DNA of 63,338 bases, filler included, from Folioceros fuciformis (Eukaryota): the NCBI GenBank assembly GCA_049999805.1. It is 6 parts of 6 records of this genome, joined end to end, with 100 filler letters (N's around TTAATTAATTAA, not from the genome) between each part and the next. Parts side by side here need not be neighbours in the genome. Positions count along the whole stretch, not along the records: positions 1 to 7,271 come from JBNGIO010005628.1; positions 7,372 to 15,857 come from JBNGIO010005630.1; 4 more parts are not named here. One strand, given 5' to 3'. Both the position numbers and the translations under genes were made by a program. Numbering within the stretch: the first letter of the stretch is position 1; each line of letters begins with the position of its first letter. The notes beneath the pieces were generated by a model that did no database searches, had not been told where the DNA came from, and saw nothing but the letters and a program-made list of their open reading frames with translations. Shown here piece after piece: positions 1 through 10,538 of the stretch.

Positions 1-1027
1 GCCTTGATAAAATTGCAAATCGGCATTAGAGGTACAGTGTCAATGTTCCATGGTTCTTGATTTTGAACATTTTCTTCAAGAGTGTGACAATAGATCGGCA
101 CACTCTCCCCTAGGCCCATGCATTTTTTATCATTACTATATGTTATCAATAACATAGAGATATATAGGAATGGGAAATGGTGAAGTGGTTGGTATAGAAT
201 TTGAAATACGAGAGGCCCTGGTTCAACTTATGTTCAATATTGTCTGAAATATTTCGGGTCTTTCCAGGCAAATCGTGCTTTGCTTTGGATCCAAACCATG
301 TATGGATCTTTTTGCCCAGTTTTCACTTATTTGTGTGTTCTATGACAGGTGCATCACATGCGATTTCACGAGACAACCCTGGCTAGCAAAGGCTCCACAT
401 GTGTGGCAACTAGGATTGTTTCATGCATAGGAGGCGTACACTGATTTTGCATGTCCATTTCAATTTCCCCCCAAAAGGGTCCATTAAATCCATCTTGTAT
501 CAAGTTCTCTACAAACATATGCTTTTAGTTATTGTTTGGGCATGGCGCACCCAAGTGTGTGCCATGCCCAAACATTATTGTTAAAAACTGCCTACGGGCT
601 TATGTTGGTACTTTCTTCTTTTTTTTCTTCTTAGACAATTGCTTAGGGCTGTCATCAAACATCTCGGCAAAAGCGCCCTCCACTAGCTGGTTTCCTTTCG
701 ACCATGCTCGTGTTCTTCTTGTGATTGGCCTTGAGGTTGATCTTTATGGAATCTCGGCACCCAACACTTCCAAACTATTACTATTTGCATTGTCATCCAC
801 AACATCTTTGGCTACAAGCGGTGGCTTCAATCCATCTAACGCATACACTACTCCTCCACCGTCCAAACCATGCTCTCTAGGAATCACTTCATTCAACATT
901 TGTTTCTGCATGTTATACAACTTTGTTTTAATGAGCTGTCGGGTCCTTTGTTGAAGCGTGCTATCTCAAGTTAGAGAAAAAGCATACGCTAATATATATG
1001 TTTCCAAAATAATCAACTTATCCAGCT

Positions 1028-1958
1028 TCAGGCACGCTGAATTCGGGGGCGTTTGCCCCCTCTTCGTGCTAGCTGAGAGGGGCAAATCTCCTTGGGCAAA
1101 TACCTAGCCTCAAATGCAGTCACATTTTTTGTTATCCACCATTGTATAACAATGCAGGGGTTAATTGATGTGGTGTCAACGGCTTGGACTTGGGCAACCA
1201 AAAATGGCCAATTCTGTGAATCGCCTTCACAAGGGACAGCGATCATATTGCCCTCCTTGATTTCAGCAATGTTGCCTTCCAGCCTCGCTCCCTTCATTGT
1301 CGCGGTTTCCGTTGGCTGATAGGGTCCGACATACATATGCCTTGACTCTTTAGACTGGTGTACTATATTCCCTTCATCTGGGACTAAATACGCCACCCCT
1401 TCCTCATTGGGTGATGACACTGCTTGCATGTTATTCCATATCCAAGGCACAGCCAATTTCTAGTCTTCTCCAGTGTGGTGGCAAAACCCTGAGCAATTGT
1501 TTGCCAAAGAGTAGGTACTGAATCTTGCAGCATCAAGAAGACTTTTAATTGGTGCTTGCACACAAACCCCTGTGCAACATGGGCAAATGTGCAGGAGCCC
1601 CAAACACTACTAGCACCGTCAACTTCATAAACTTGTCCCTTCTTCCTCAACACATAAATTGTGCCACCATCGGTCACTGGCAATTTCACATGGATATTTG
1701 GAATTGTGTTTGCTTTTGTAAAAGCATGTTGGACTTGCCGTTTTAATTTGGTGTTTCGAGTAATAGCATTATCCTTGCAATATGCTTGAGACCAGAAATA
1801 TCGGTTTACTTCTGTGGTCAATATGTGTAATAACCAATCCAACCTTTGACTTCTCAATTGCTTCTTGGTCAAAGAAGCTCTTGCTTTCAAGTAACTATAA
1901 TATGCCTCTAGACCTGAATTACAAGCATGTGGCACATTTAGCACTGCTACCAACCACA
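1028..1958 (-). pseudogene. Decayed MULE-type transposase C-terminal part with SWIM zinc finger; 5' part cut off by copia A
   Basis: GLEAYYSYLK...QRLDWLLHIL and SWIM-like SCTF-x6-CKHQLKV. Homologous to the copy at 60-62 kb (IEAWHRFLK, RRVDWL). Frameshifted near 1400-1450. Confidence 0.8.
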
Positions 1959-2160
1959 TGTCAATGATAGGATCCCATTGCTTTCAAAAATAATTCATGA
2001 ATGTTGGTGCAATGTGTTAAATATGAAAGGATAAGGCTAGTTAGGGTTAGAAATATGAACCGACACATGTAGTCACATATATAGTGATCCAAATGTGAAC
2101 TTCGTTTTAATGTTCTTTTGACAATGCAATTTATCTTTTCCGCTCCTTGCAAAATAAACA

Positions 2161-2172
2161 TGGAATCAGAGC
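2161..2172 (+). promoter_or_regulatory. PBS (tRNA-iMet) of copia A
   Basis: TGGAATCAGAGC, one mismatch to TGGTATCAGAGC, directly after ...AAACA. Confidence 0.8.
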
Positions 2173-2201
2173 TCCGCTCTAGATTCTGTCTTCCATGAAT
2201 C

Positions 2202-2762
2202 ATGCCCAGTCACGGAAGCCCGCGTAGGTGGTACAGAAATGGTAGCCGCAATCGCTATGGAGGAAACTTTCCTCCGCGAGCACATGTCGCTCCCCTAGAA
2301 GCAATTCTAGATTTGCATGAGCAAAATTTCGCCTACGGCTGGCTGAAGGACTCCGGTGACAGACACTCTATACAAGGGCCCAACCTACATCAAGGACGGC
2401 TTGCCAGAAATCATATGGTGGACAGCTTGCGCAGAGAGAGATTGGCGAGAAGTAGGCATGACTTTGATCTGCCCCATAGTTGGCCAAGGAATTACCAAGT
2501 CCCCTGCCACTCTGAACCACCATGCGATTACCCTGCATCCAGCGACAAGAGAAATCAAGATGTCATCACCAAATTATTTGCAAGCGTCACTAGGGTTGAG
2601 AAATCCTTATCTGTAGTGCTGTTGAATCAGGAAGCGATCAAGACCAGAGTCGATCACCTGGATAACCTGTCAGGACGAGCAATCACGGCGACAGAAAGTT
2701 CGATCAAATACCAGATCAGTGAAATTGTTGATCTTATGAAGAAGATTGAGCTTGGGCGCTAA
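2202..2762 (+). CDS. ORF0 of copia A, 186 aa, unknown function (basic N-terminus, coiled-coil-like C-terminus)
   Basis: Intact ATG ORF starting 30 nt after the PBS; GNFPPR motif; heptad-like C-terminal helix. Confidence 0.7.
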   Translation: MPSHGSPRRWYRNGSRNRYGGNFPPRAHVAPLEAILDLHEQNFAYGWLKDSGDRHSIQGPNLHQGRLARNHMVDSLRRERLARSRHDFDLPHSWPRNYQVPCHSEPPCDYPASSDKRNQDVITKLFASVTRVEKSLSVVLLNQEAIKTRVDHLDNLSGRAITATESSIKYQISEIVDLMKKIELGR

Positions 2763-3442
2763 TGGGAGGAGAGGAAACACCAGATCTCTCCCCCTGCTGG
2801 AGATTGCATCTTCTGACCTTTTTCCGCTGCAGGCAGCAAGAGCGCAGAGCGCGTGGACAACGAGAGTTGAAACGCCACCCACCTTGATGAAGCGTCTCCT
2901 GACATCTGCCATGTCACTCGAGTAGTCATCAAGTTGGAGTGCCAGCAAATCCTCACATCTCAGGACCTCAGAATGGAAAACCCACCGGTCGTGCCTCTTC
3001 ACATGATCTGGACACGTGACGGTTTAGTTAGGTTCTTCCTTTCATTAAGAGTTTATTTCATAACTTAATGACTGGCATGCATTGCGAAGCATCTAGATTA
3101 TCTTCATATGTCCCTTCGGTCAATTGGGACTGCCAAACCCTTGGCCTCTAATCCTTGCTTTGCTAGGAGGGATCAATGTTGAGTTTGTGTCAGGAAAGAC
3201 AGATAGCTCCAGGTTCCCTTGTGTATCCTGGCATAAACTCAACACCTCCCTCCCTGCGAACCAAGTATTAGAAGTCCTTCAAGAAAACTTACGAACGTTG
3301 CAACATTGTGTTTACTGTCTCTTTTTCCACAAGTCATAACTCAAGGAAGGTCACTTTACGCATGAACCTAGCATCTCTAGATCAACTTACAAAACAACTT
3401 GGTCATCTCAACTTACAGTCTAGGCAGAACACCACCTTTTCA

Positions 3443-3868
3443 ATGGCTTCTGGCTTGGGACTGTCCCCCAGTCTTGCAGGACCATCCTTCACTTCTGAGC
3501 TCAAGGAAAAGGACCGATTTAATGGAACACGTTACCAAGTTTGGAAAGTTTGAATGAAGTCCACTCTTGTAGCGCGAGGCGTATGGAGCGTGGTCGATGC
3601 TACATTTAAGAAACCTGACCCCAACTCACTGCCTCCCCCGTCAGTCAGTGACATCCAAAAATGGGACCAACTAAACTCAATAGCACTTGCCCTACTCATC
3701 GAGGGTCTGGATGCTGACTTCATACCTGATGTCCAGTATCTCACCAGTGCTTCCGAGATCTGGGATCAACTTGCAGCCACATATGGGGTACAAAATATTC
3801 TTATCCTATGTGCAGCCAGGCAGGAATTCTATGGGCTGCGTATAAGGGAGGGAGGCAAAGTGGCATCT
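3443..3868 (+). pseudogene. copia A gag, N-terminal part
   Basis: DRFNG..W...MKSTL, TSASEIWDQL; in-frame TGA at 3551-3553; interrupted by LTR B. Confidence 0.85.
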
Positions 3869-4326
3869 TGTTAGGATAAATAATTGTTGATTATTTATAT
3901 GCTAAGTACATAGTGTTTCATATTTTAGATACACTTATAAAGTGAAGGGGCACGAAGCCCAATTAACATATATAACATACATTTTTGTTAATTATTTTAT
4001 TATTCAGTATACTTGCTGTGTTGCTAGGACTACACCTCTGCTACGTCCACAGCACTAAATAAAGACTCTTCCCATGGTATCAGAGCCCAGTTGGATTCTA
4101 ATCTAATTAAAACTACAATGCGTTTCTTTGTTGTAGACTTGCTGATGCCAGTGGCAAAACTTTCAACTGGGCTCAGGACCCAGTAGTCATCACCCCTGAT
4201 GGCTCCTGGTTTCTGTGCCCAGCAAAGCTTCGCCGCCTGCATTATAGTCTTGGTATTTTGATAATGAACAAAGAAATTGTATCAATTTCCGCTGCGATTA
4301 AACTTGCTACTTACACATCCTTGAAG

Positions 4327-4780
4327 ATGCCGAGGCGGAGAGCATGCTGGCAGGCTCGCATCAGAAACGAAGCTTATAAGAAGGCCGTTGGCTCTTTCCA
4401 GCCCACCAAGACATTTGTTGCAGCCGGGCGAAACCCTGCATCAACAAGAAGCCGAAAATTGCTTAGCTCTTGCCAGCACGAGCTCCCTCCATCATCAAGA
4501 AGATTGAACCCTAACGTATTAGTAGAACGTTGCGAACGTTGTTGTCTATCTGAGCAATTTTTTTCCTCCCTTGCCTACAGATCTTCTTGGGCACAATCAT
4601 TCCTCAAATGAGCTACAAGTGCCTTCCTGTTTCAACAAACAGAAGGAAGAAATAAAGCAAGTTAGCAGGAGAATACGAAATCTTGCGACAGATATACAAA
4701 ATCTGAGCCGTCAACTCAGGAGAATTCTCGCGCTGGACTTAGGATTGCAAAGCAGATGCTTGCGATCTTCAAATCTCTAA
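4327..4780 (+). pseudogene. ORF0 of copia B, about 150 aa, one frameshift in a T-run
   Basis: MPRRRACW...CERCC; removing one T at 4558-4564 continues into KQKEEIKQVSRRIRNLATDIQNLSRQL (coiled-coil-like). Confidence 0.6.
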
Positions 4781-5210
4781 GATCTGTGTAATTCTTCAGG
4801 CGGTGGCAGCCCGCGCTAGTATTCTCCATATTTCTTTTGCAAAACTAGGAGCTGCCAACCGTTGCCTGTCGACGACGCGCGCGGCGTTTCCTTCAGCCAC
4901 CTAAGCACAGACAATTCGCGATAGTCAAATTCTGTAAGAGGTGGCGCCCTCTGCATACACAGATCTGTATCGGAGTGAAAGGGGTTGTGACTTCAGTTAT
5001 GAATCGTCATATATGATGGGTCCTGCAAGTTACTCTCTGTAGCGTTTCAAAAACGTGAAGCCCCAGGCGTTGAATAGGTTGGAAGGAGTAGCGGTTATTT
5101 ACCTTGTCACGAGCCGGCTGACTTTCCGACCAACAGTGGTATTATGGAGAACAGAGGTTTCCCTTTTCCACTTAGAAATATGAGATAAGGAGCAACGGCC
5201 GTCCGTAGCA

Positions 5211-6624
5211 ATGAGTTCCACACCGTCCACATCCTCATCTCCGCTCCCTCCTGATACGCATGGCGCCCAGAGACAGCGAACTCCTCCGCCACCTGGTTTC
5301 CCACCAACTTCTTGAATGCAACCTGCATACACAGCTGACTTCAAGGAAAAGGATCGCTTTAATGGGTCTAAATATGAGGTTTGGAGTGTGAGGATGCGTT
5401 CCGCTCTAGAGGCGCGGAATGTTTGGAGTGTGGTTTCAGGAGCTCTGCCTCCACCAGGCCTCATGGCGACTGATGCAAAAAAAGAACGATGGAGCAACTC
5501 AAACAATGTTGCCTGTGCCTTTCTGATCAGTGGTCTTGATGAGGTGCTAGTTCCAAATGTTGCCTATCTAACTAAGGCATCTGAGATATGGAATCAGCTC
5601 TCACAAACATATGAGGTGAAGAACATTCTTACCTTATGTGCTGTTCGTGGAGAGCTGTTCTCCTTGAGAATGAGAGAAGGGGAGAAGGCAACAACCTTTG
5701 TTGGCAGGTTCCGTCATCTCCGCGGTCAGCTGATCTCACTTGGTTCCACCATGAGTGAACTTGATGTTGTTGCTCAACTCCTAACAAGCCTGCCTACGAG
5801 TTATCAGCCCTTCGTTTCTAGCTATGAAGCTTCTCTCCGTGATGCTGGAGCGGCTATAGCTGTAGGACAACCAAGCACCATTAGTTTCACAGATGTAGTT
5901 GGTGCACTATTTCAGGAAGAGCAAAGCAGGGCCACTCATCATGGCCCAAGACGCACAAAGATAGACAAAGTCTTGTATGCATCAAAAGGAAAACCACAGA
6001 AAAACAAAAACCTTCCTGCCTTTGGGACTGCGAAGACAGGACAGCCCAAGCACTTAGGTTCTTGCAACTGGTGTGGTGCTCGGGGTCACTGGGAAAGGGA
6101 ATGCAGAAAGAAGAAATCTGTTGAACCACGGAAAGCCAAGAAGCTCTTCAAGCAGGCTGAGGCACACTCCGTCACCAAGGATCGGCCTACTTCGGCCAGC
6201 ACTTCTTGTGGTTATGACTGTTTGTCTCTCCACATCCATAAGTGACTGTGACAGCTGGTACCTCGATTCAAGAGGTACCTCGCACATATGCAAGGACAAG
6301 ACTTTAATGAGTAACTTCATATCAGCTAGTGTAGCAGAGAGAGTGCTGCTAGGTGATGAGCTTACTCATACCGGCCTCATGATACTTGGAACTGGCACCT
6401 GTTTGTTTCGACTTTCCGATAACAGTGTGCTCACCCTCGATCATGTCCTGTATGTACCTACAATAGCAAAGCATTTAATATCAGTAAGTCAGTTGATGCG
6501 TTTATGCCGCTTTGACCCACTGCTTACTTCTAACGGTTGTGCTCTTACCATTAAAGGCTTACCCACCAATGTAGTGGCAAAGGGGGTGAGCATTAATGAC
6601 TTGTACAAGCTCCATGTGGTTTGC
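5211..6624 (+). pseudogene. copia B gag-protease
   Basis: ATG at 5211, TGA at 5313, ORF 5316-6245, frameshift into the protease frame 6073-6666. Confidence 0.85.
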
Positions 6625-7271
6625 TGTGTAGGGTTATTAAAGCCCAATGTGCTTAGACTAATGTAATTAGTCTAAGATTAGTGTCTAATTAAGTATCATT
6701 AGTTTAGATTAGCTTAAGCTAATCTTCAGGAAGCTATGAGAGACACTGTGAGACCTCTCTTTCTCCTCTCCTCCTTGCTCCTCCTCTCCTCTCCTTCACC
6801 ATGTAGCTCCTAGCGATCCTTCAAGTGGTATCAGAGCAGGTGGTGGAGCAAAAGGATGATGTGCCTGGTGCTGTGAACAAAGTGGCTGAAAGAGAGACAT
6901 TGGAGTGGCTGTATGCGACATCCGGAGTGCAAGGGCCTCTACCCCGGAGAGGAAGCCAAGAGCGGGGCGACCTCCAAGCCTCGAGACGCCCATCCACAGG
7001 AGAACGAACGCAGGCGCATTGAGCGCCGCAAGCGCACATAGCGCCCCGGGCACACAAGGCCCCCCACTGGCCAGGCAGCTCGTCCAGGGTTTAGTAAACC
7101 CTAAACCCGCCCGGCAGCCCGTCCAGGGCGCTAGCCCGCCAACACGCCAGCGCCGCGAGTGCGGGCGCGGGACGTCGACCCAACCGCTGGTTCCAGAGCC
7201 TAACGGCGTCGCCAAGGTGCGGGCCGGCCAGCCGGCGAGTGCCAGTCCGGGTTGGCAAACGGCAGCGACGT
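6625..7271 (+). mobile_element. LTR retroelement C (5' LTR, PBS, GC-rich leader) nested in B; runs into a gap; superfamily unknown
   Basis: TG... start near 6625, CT-rich 3' part ending TTCA at 6823, 2-nt spacer, PBS TGGTATCAGAGC at 6826-6837. Confidence 0.75.
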
Positions 7272-7371
7272 NNNNNNNNNNNNNNNNNNNNNNNNNNNNN
7301 NNNNNNNNNNNNNNNTTAATTAATTAANNNNNNNNNNNNNNNNNNNNNNNNNNNNNNNNNNNNNNNNNNNN

Positions 7372-8000
7372 TTAAACCATCCTCTTGCCCTGTCTTCTTC
7401 CAACTTAGCCAAGGCGCATTGCATCTCCATTTTCCGAGCCTCTTCCGCACTTGTGAAGTCCCGACCCTCGCAGGTCCTTTGTAACCAGCCCAGTTCTTCC
7501 CTCAAAAAACCCTCTTGCTAACGTTGTTCTCTTGCTCATTGAACCCCCCTCCTCCGCAGATACCTAGTCGCTTCATTGTTAGCACGCATCAATTTGATCG
7601 CCGCATTCTCTTCTTCCTATGCAACTCCTTGCTAGATGTTTTTGATATCTTCAAAGACAGCTTTCTCCTTCAGTAAGGAGGTGTTCATCCAAAAATGTTG
7701 CATGCACCTCCTTGGGCGCTCCAACCCAGGAGCGAGCCTCAAATGCAAGCTAATAGGGTGGTGATCAGAAAGTATCGTACCAACGAGAATACTGTACGAC
7801 TCAACGAAAGCCAACCACCCTTACGGTAGATAAAACCTGTCCAACCTGCGCACTCCCAAATTCTGGTGTTGTTGGTTGGACTAGCTGAACATCAAGGACT
7901 GTGGTTGGCGATGCGCCGGAAGGGCCACCCAAGGATCCTGCACCGCTAAGACCGTATCTCTCAGCTCCTGCCAAGACATAGGCACCGCCCGAACATCAAC
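7372..8000 (-). mobile_element. L1-type LINE ORF2 endonuclease fragment (inverted segment)
   Basis: RRLDRFYL...LSDHHPI APE-endonuclease motifs. Confidence 0.8.
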
Positions 8001-8005
8001 TAGGC

Positions 8006-9882
8006 TCTTGTGGAAGCGTTCGGGGGATAATATGGCTGGTTGCTCTAAAGTGGCTTGGCAGCATATTATTCAGGAGCGAGGTTTGGGGGGTCTTAGGGTG
8101 GTGGACGCGGTTGCCAAGATGAAAGTTTTGCATGCTCAATGGGTTGTCAGGGTAGCAGATCCGGCGTACAATCCTTGGAAGAGTCTTCTGACATAGTGTT
8201 TGGACTACACCTAAGCTGTCCTCAAGGGAAGGAGATCTATAGACAACATTCTGGCTGTCAAACCGCTTCTCGATAGTGTAGATTGCTCCCCACTTTTCAA
8301 GCCCATCTGGAGCAATTATCTGGAGGTTAAACAATATATTATCCCAGGTAACTTCTCTCATGTGGATGATGTTCTTATTATTCCTTTGCAGGGATTCTCG
8401 AGGCTGTGGGTTCAGGATTTCAAGTCAAGGGTATATTGGTCCCAAATTTTTGAGCTAGCGTGTCAGATGGGCGTTTTCCAACTTTGGCATTTATGGAATA
8501 GATCCGAGTCCCACTGGAAAGAGGTAGAGGAGGTCAAAGGGGAATTTGGAGTTGGTGCCCGGCATGTCAGGCTCGTTTTTTTGTGGCTGCACGAGGGGCT
8601 AGAGGAACAGGTGCAATAGATTTTAAGGCAACCACTTACTAAAGGTGAGGAAGGGTGGTATGCGTACTCCATGGATAGTAGGGGAGTCGACTCGGAGGAG
8701 GAGGATGAACAGCTGGATGCAATAGATTTAGATAGAGCGGTCTGGCTTGCGAGAGCTGATGGCAAAGAGATGTTGAAGTCATTCCAGGTCATGTCGCATG
8801 CCAGTTTTTTGGAAGTTCAGGGTAGGGAGGACGGGGAAGCCCGAGGAGGGCAGATGTGGGCTATCACTCTTCTCTATAAGTCCGTTCGAGCTGGGCGCTG
8901 GTGCATTCTAGGTGAAAGTCCTATTGGGCCGCAAACCTTCGATAAAGCAAAGGTTCTATGTTGGTTCCCTCTAGGTGAAAATTGGGCTCTGACCTTCAAT
9001 CCAGATCTCTACAAGTAGCCCAAGTGTCTAGGGTGCAAGAAGGCTATTTCTCGATCTTTCTTCAACTTCCCAACGGCGGATCTGTTCCTCTAGCTGGTGC
9101 GAGCTCAGAAAATCAAGCGAAGACAACCAATGGCTCCTCGATTGCAGTTATCTGGACGGTGACAAAGGGAAGCCGTCAAGCTTCTATGGAAGTCCACAGG
9201 AGTCCCCACCAAGGTCAGGTATACGGTTTGGTGCTTCTTTCAAGCATGTTTGCCTAATGCGGATCGCTGGGATGGGCTTTTAGTTGCAACGAGAGAGGAA
9301 GTGTGTTGAGTGTGCACCACTGGGGCCTCGAACAAGAGTCAACACATATTCTTTCACTGCAGCTTTGCTCAAGAGATATGGAGGGAGGTAAGCAGGTGGC
9401 TTCAATTGATTTCTCTTGGTGCTAACCTCAGGATCACGACGCAATCAACCTTATTTGGGCTGGACGCTTTGTTGTGGAGCATATGGGAGCATTTATTGAT
9501 TGCAGCAGAAGCTTTGGAGCAATCCCGTCGGAAACAGTTTAAGAGGAAAGAGTGGAGGTCGACGGGCTTCCTAATGACTGAGACAGGTACGTGTTGGAAT
9601 CATTCGTGTCCATGGGAAGGTGAGCCCTTAGGGACCTTGGGAGACTTCGAGGGCTGAGTATTAGAGGCTTTGGCAGTCTGCGGGTATCATAGTGGAGGGG
9701 AGCGCTCTCTAAGCTGCTTGTCTTGAGTTTTGGACTCAAGGCCAGTCTTCCGCCCCTCTCTTGTGGTGCTCAACATATGTACATACGTTTGGAGAGGGTC
9801 CCCCCTCCCTCCCCTTTTTGTATTGTAAGTGGCAGGCATCTTCCACTCTTAATCAGAATTATTATTTTTTTTCTCAAAAAAA
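8006..9882 (+). mobile_element. L1-type LINE 3' part (post-RT, zf-RVT, 3' UTR, short poly-A)
   Basis: KVAW...GGL; C-x2-C...HIFFHCSFAQEIW; A-tail at 9876-9882. Confidence 0.85.
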
Positions 9883-10538
9883 CAGAGTAAAGCCACCATC
9901 TAATTGGACATGGTAACTTCAGGGTTATGAATGTGGAATTGAAAGACAACGACTTCTACATGATAATTGCTAATTTTCATTCTCCATATTCTAGATATAG
10001 AATTGAGTTGTGTCATAGTATGGACTTAGTTAGACCTTATACCATTACCTTGGAATCTTCAAGTCTAAGTTCAAGTAAGATAACCACTCTATGTGTAATG
10101 GAGATACTTTAAATTGGAACCCTCATCATCTTGCTTTCAAAATATTAGGAACCCATCCTAGAGAAGAAGCAATTTTTCATTGGGTAGAGCCTAATAACAT
10201 TCAACTTGTCCTTCATGCTGACTTCAAATAGATTATGTGTCGTTTCTATTGTGTTGTAGAAAAGTTATAAAATAGGCTATCTAACTTCAACTAAAGGATC
10301 TTATAAAAATTTGCTCAAGGTCATGTATTAATATTGAACAAAAGGTGAAAAGAATCATCCACCTCGAAAAGGAATAGGAACAGCAAGCAAAGGGCCAAAT
10401 GAAAGCTAGTGCCCCCATGTGTTGATTGCGGATAAATTTGTATATTTTTAATATATTAATATTATATTTACTTTTACTAATGGGTCTGATAAATTTGAGG
10501 GGTGCAAAATAACTCTTATGCAATGTAAGATGCTCTTC

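Larger units (their letters stand above)
1959..3868 (+). mobile_element. Ty1/copia element A (5' LTR, PBS, ORF0, gag start), truncated by element B
   Basis: LTR about 1959-2160 ending CA; PBS TGGaATCAGAGC at 2161-2172; gag motif FTSELKEKDRFNGTRYQVW. LTR start is approximate. Confidence 0.85.
3869..6624 (+). mobile_element. Ty1/copia element B nested in A; truncated by element C
   Basis: LTR TG...CA at 3869-4074; perfect PBS TGGTATCAGAGC at 4075-4086; gag with CCHC knuckle CNWCGARGHWEREC; protease WYLDSRGTSHIC. Confidence 0.9.

Noticed and set aside
7316-7327. TTAATTAATTAA between N-runs (also about 15902, 25272, 36012 and 58586)
   Set aside because: Artificial six-frame-stop contig linker; adjacency across these gaps is uncertain
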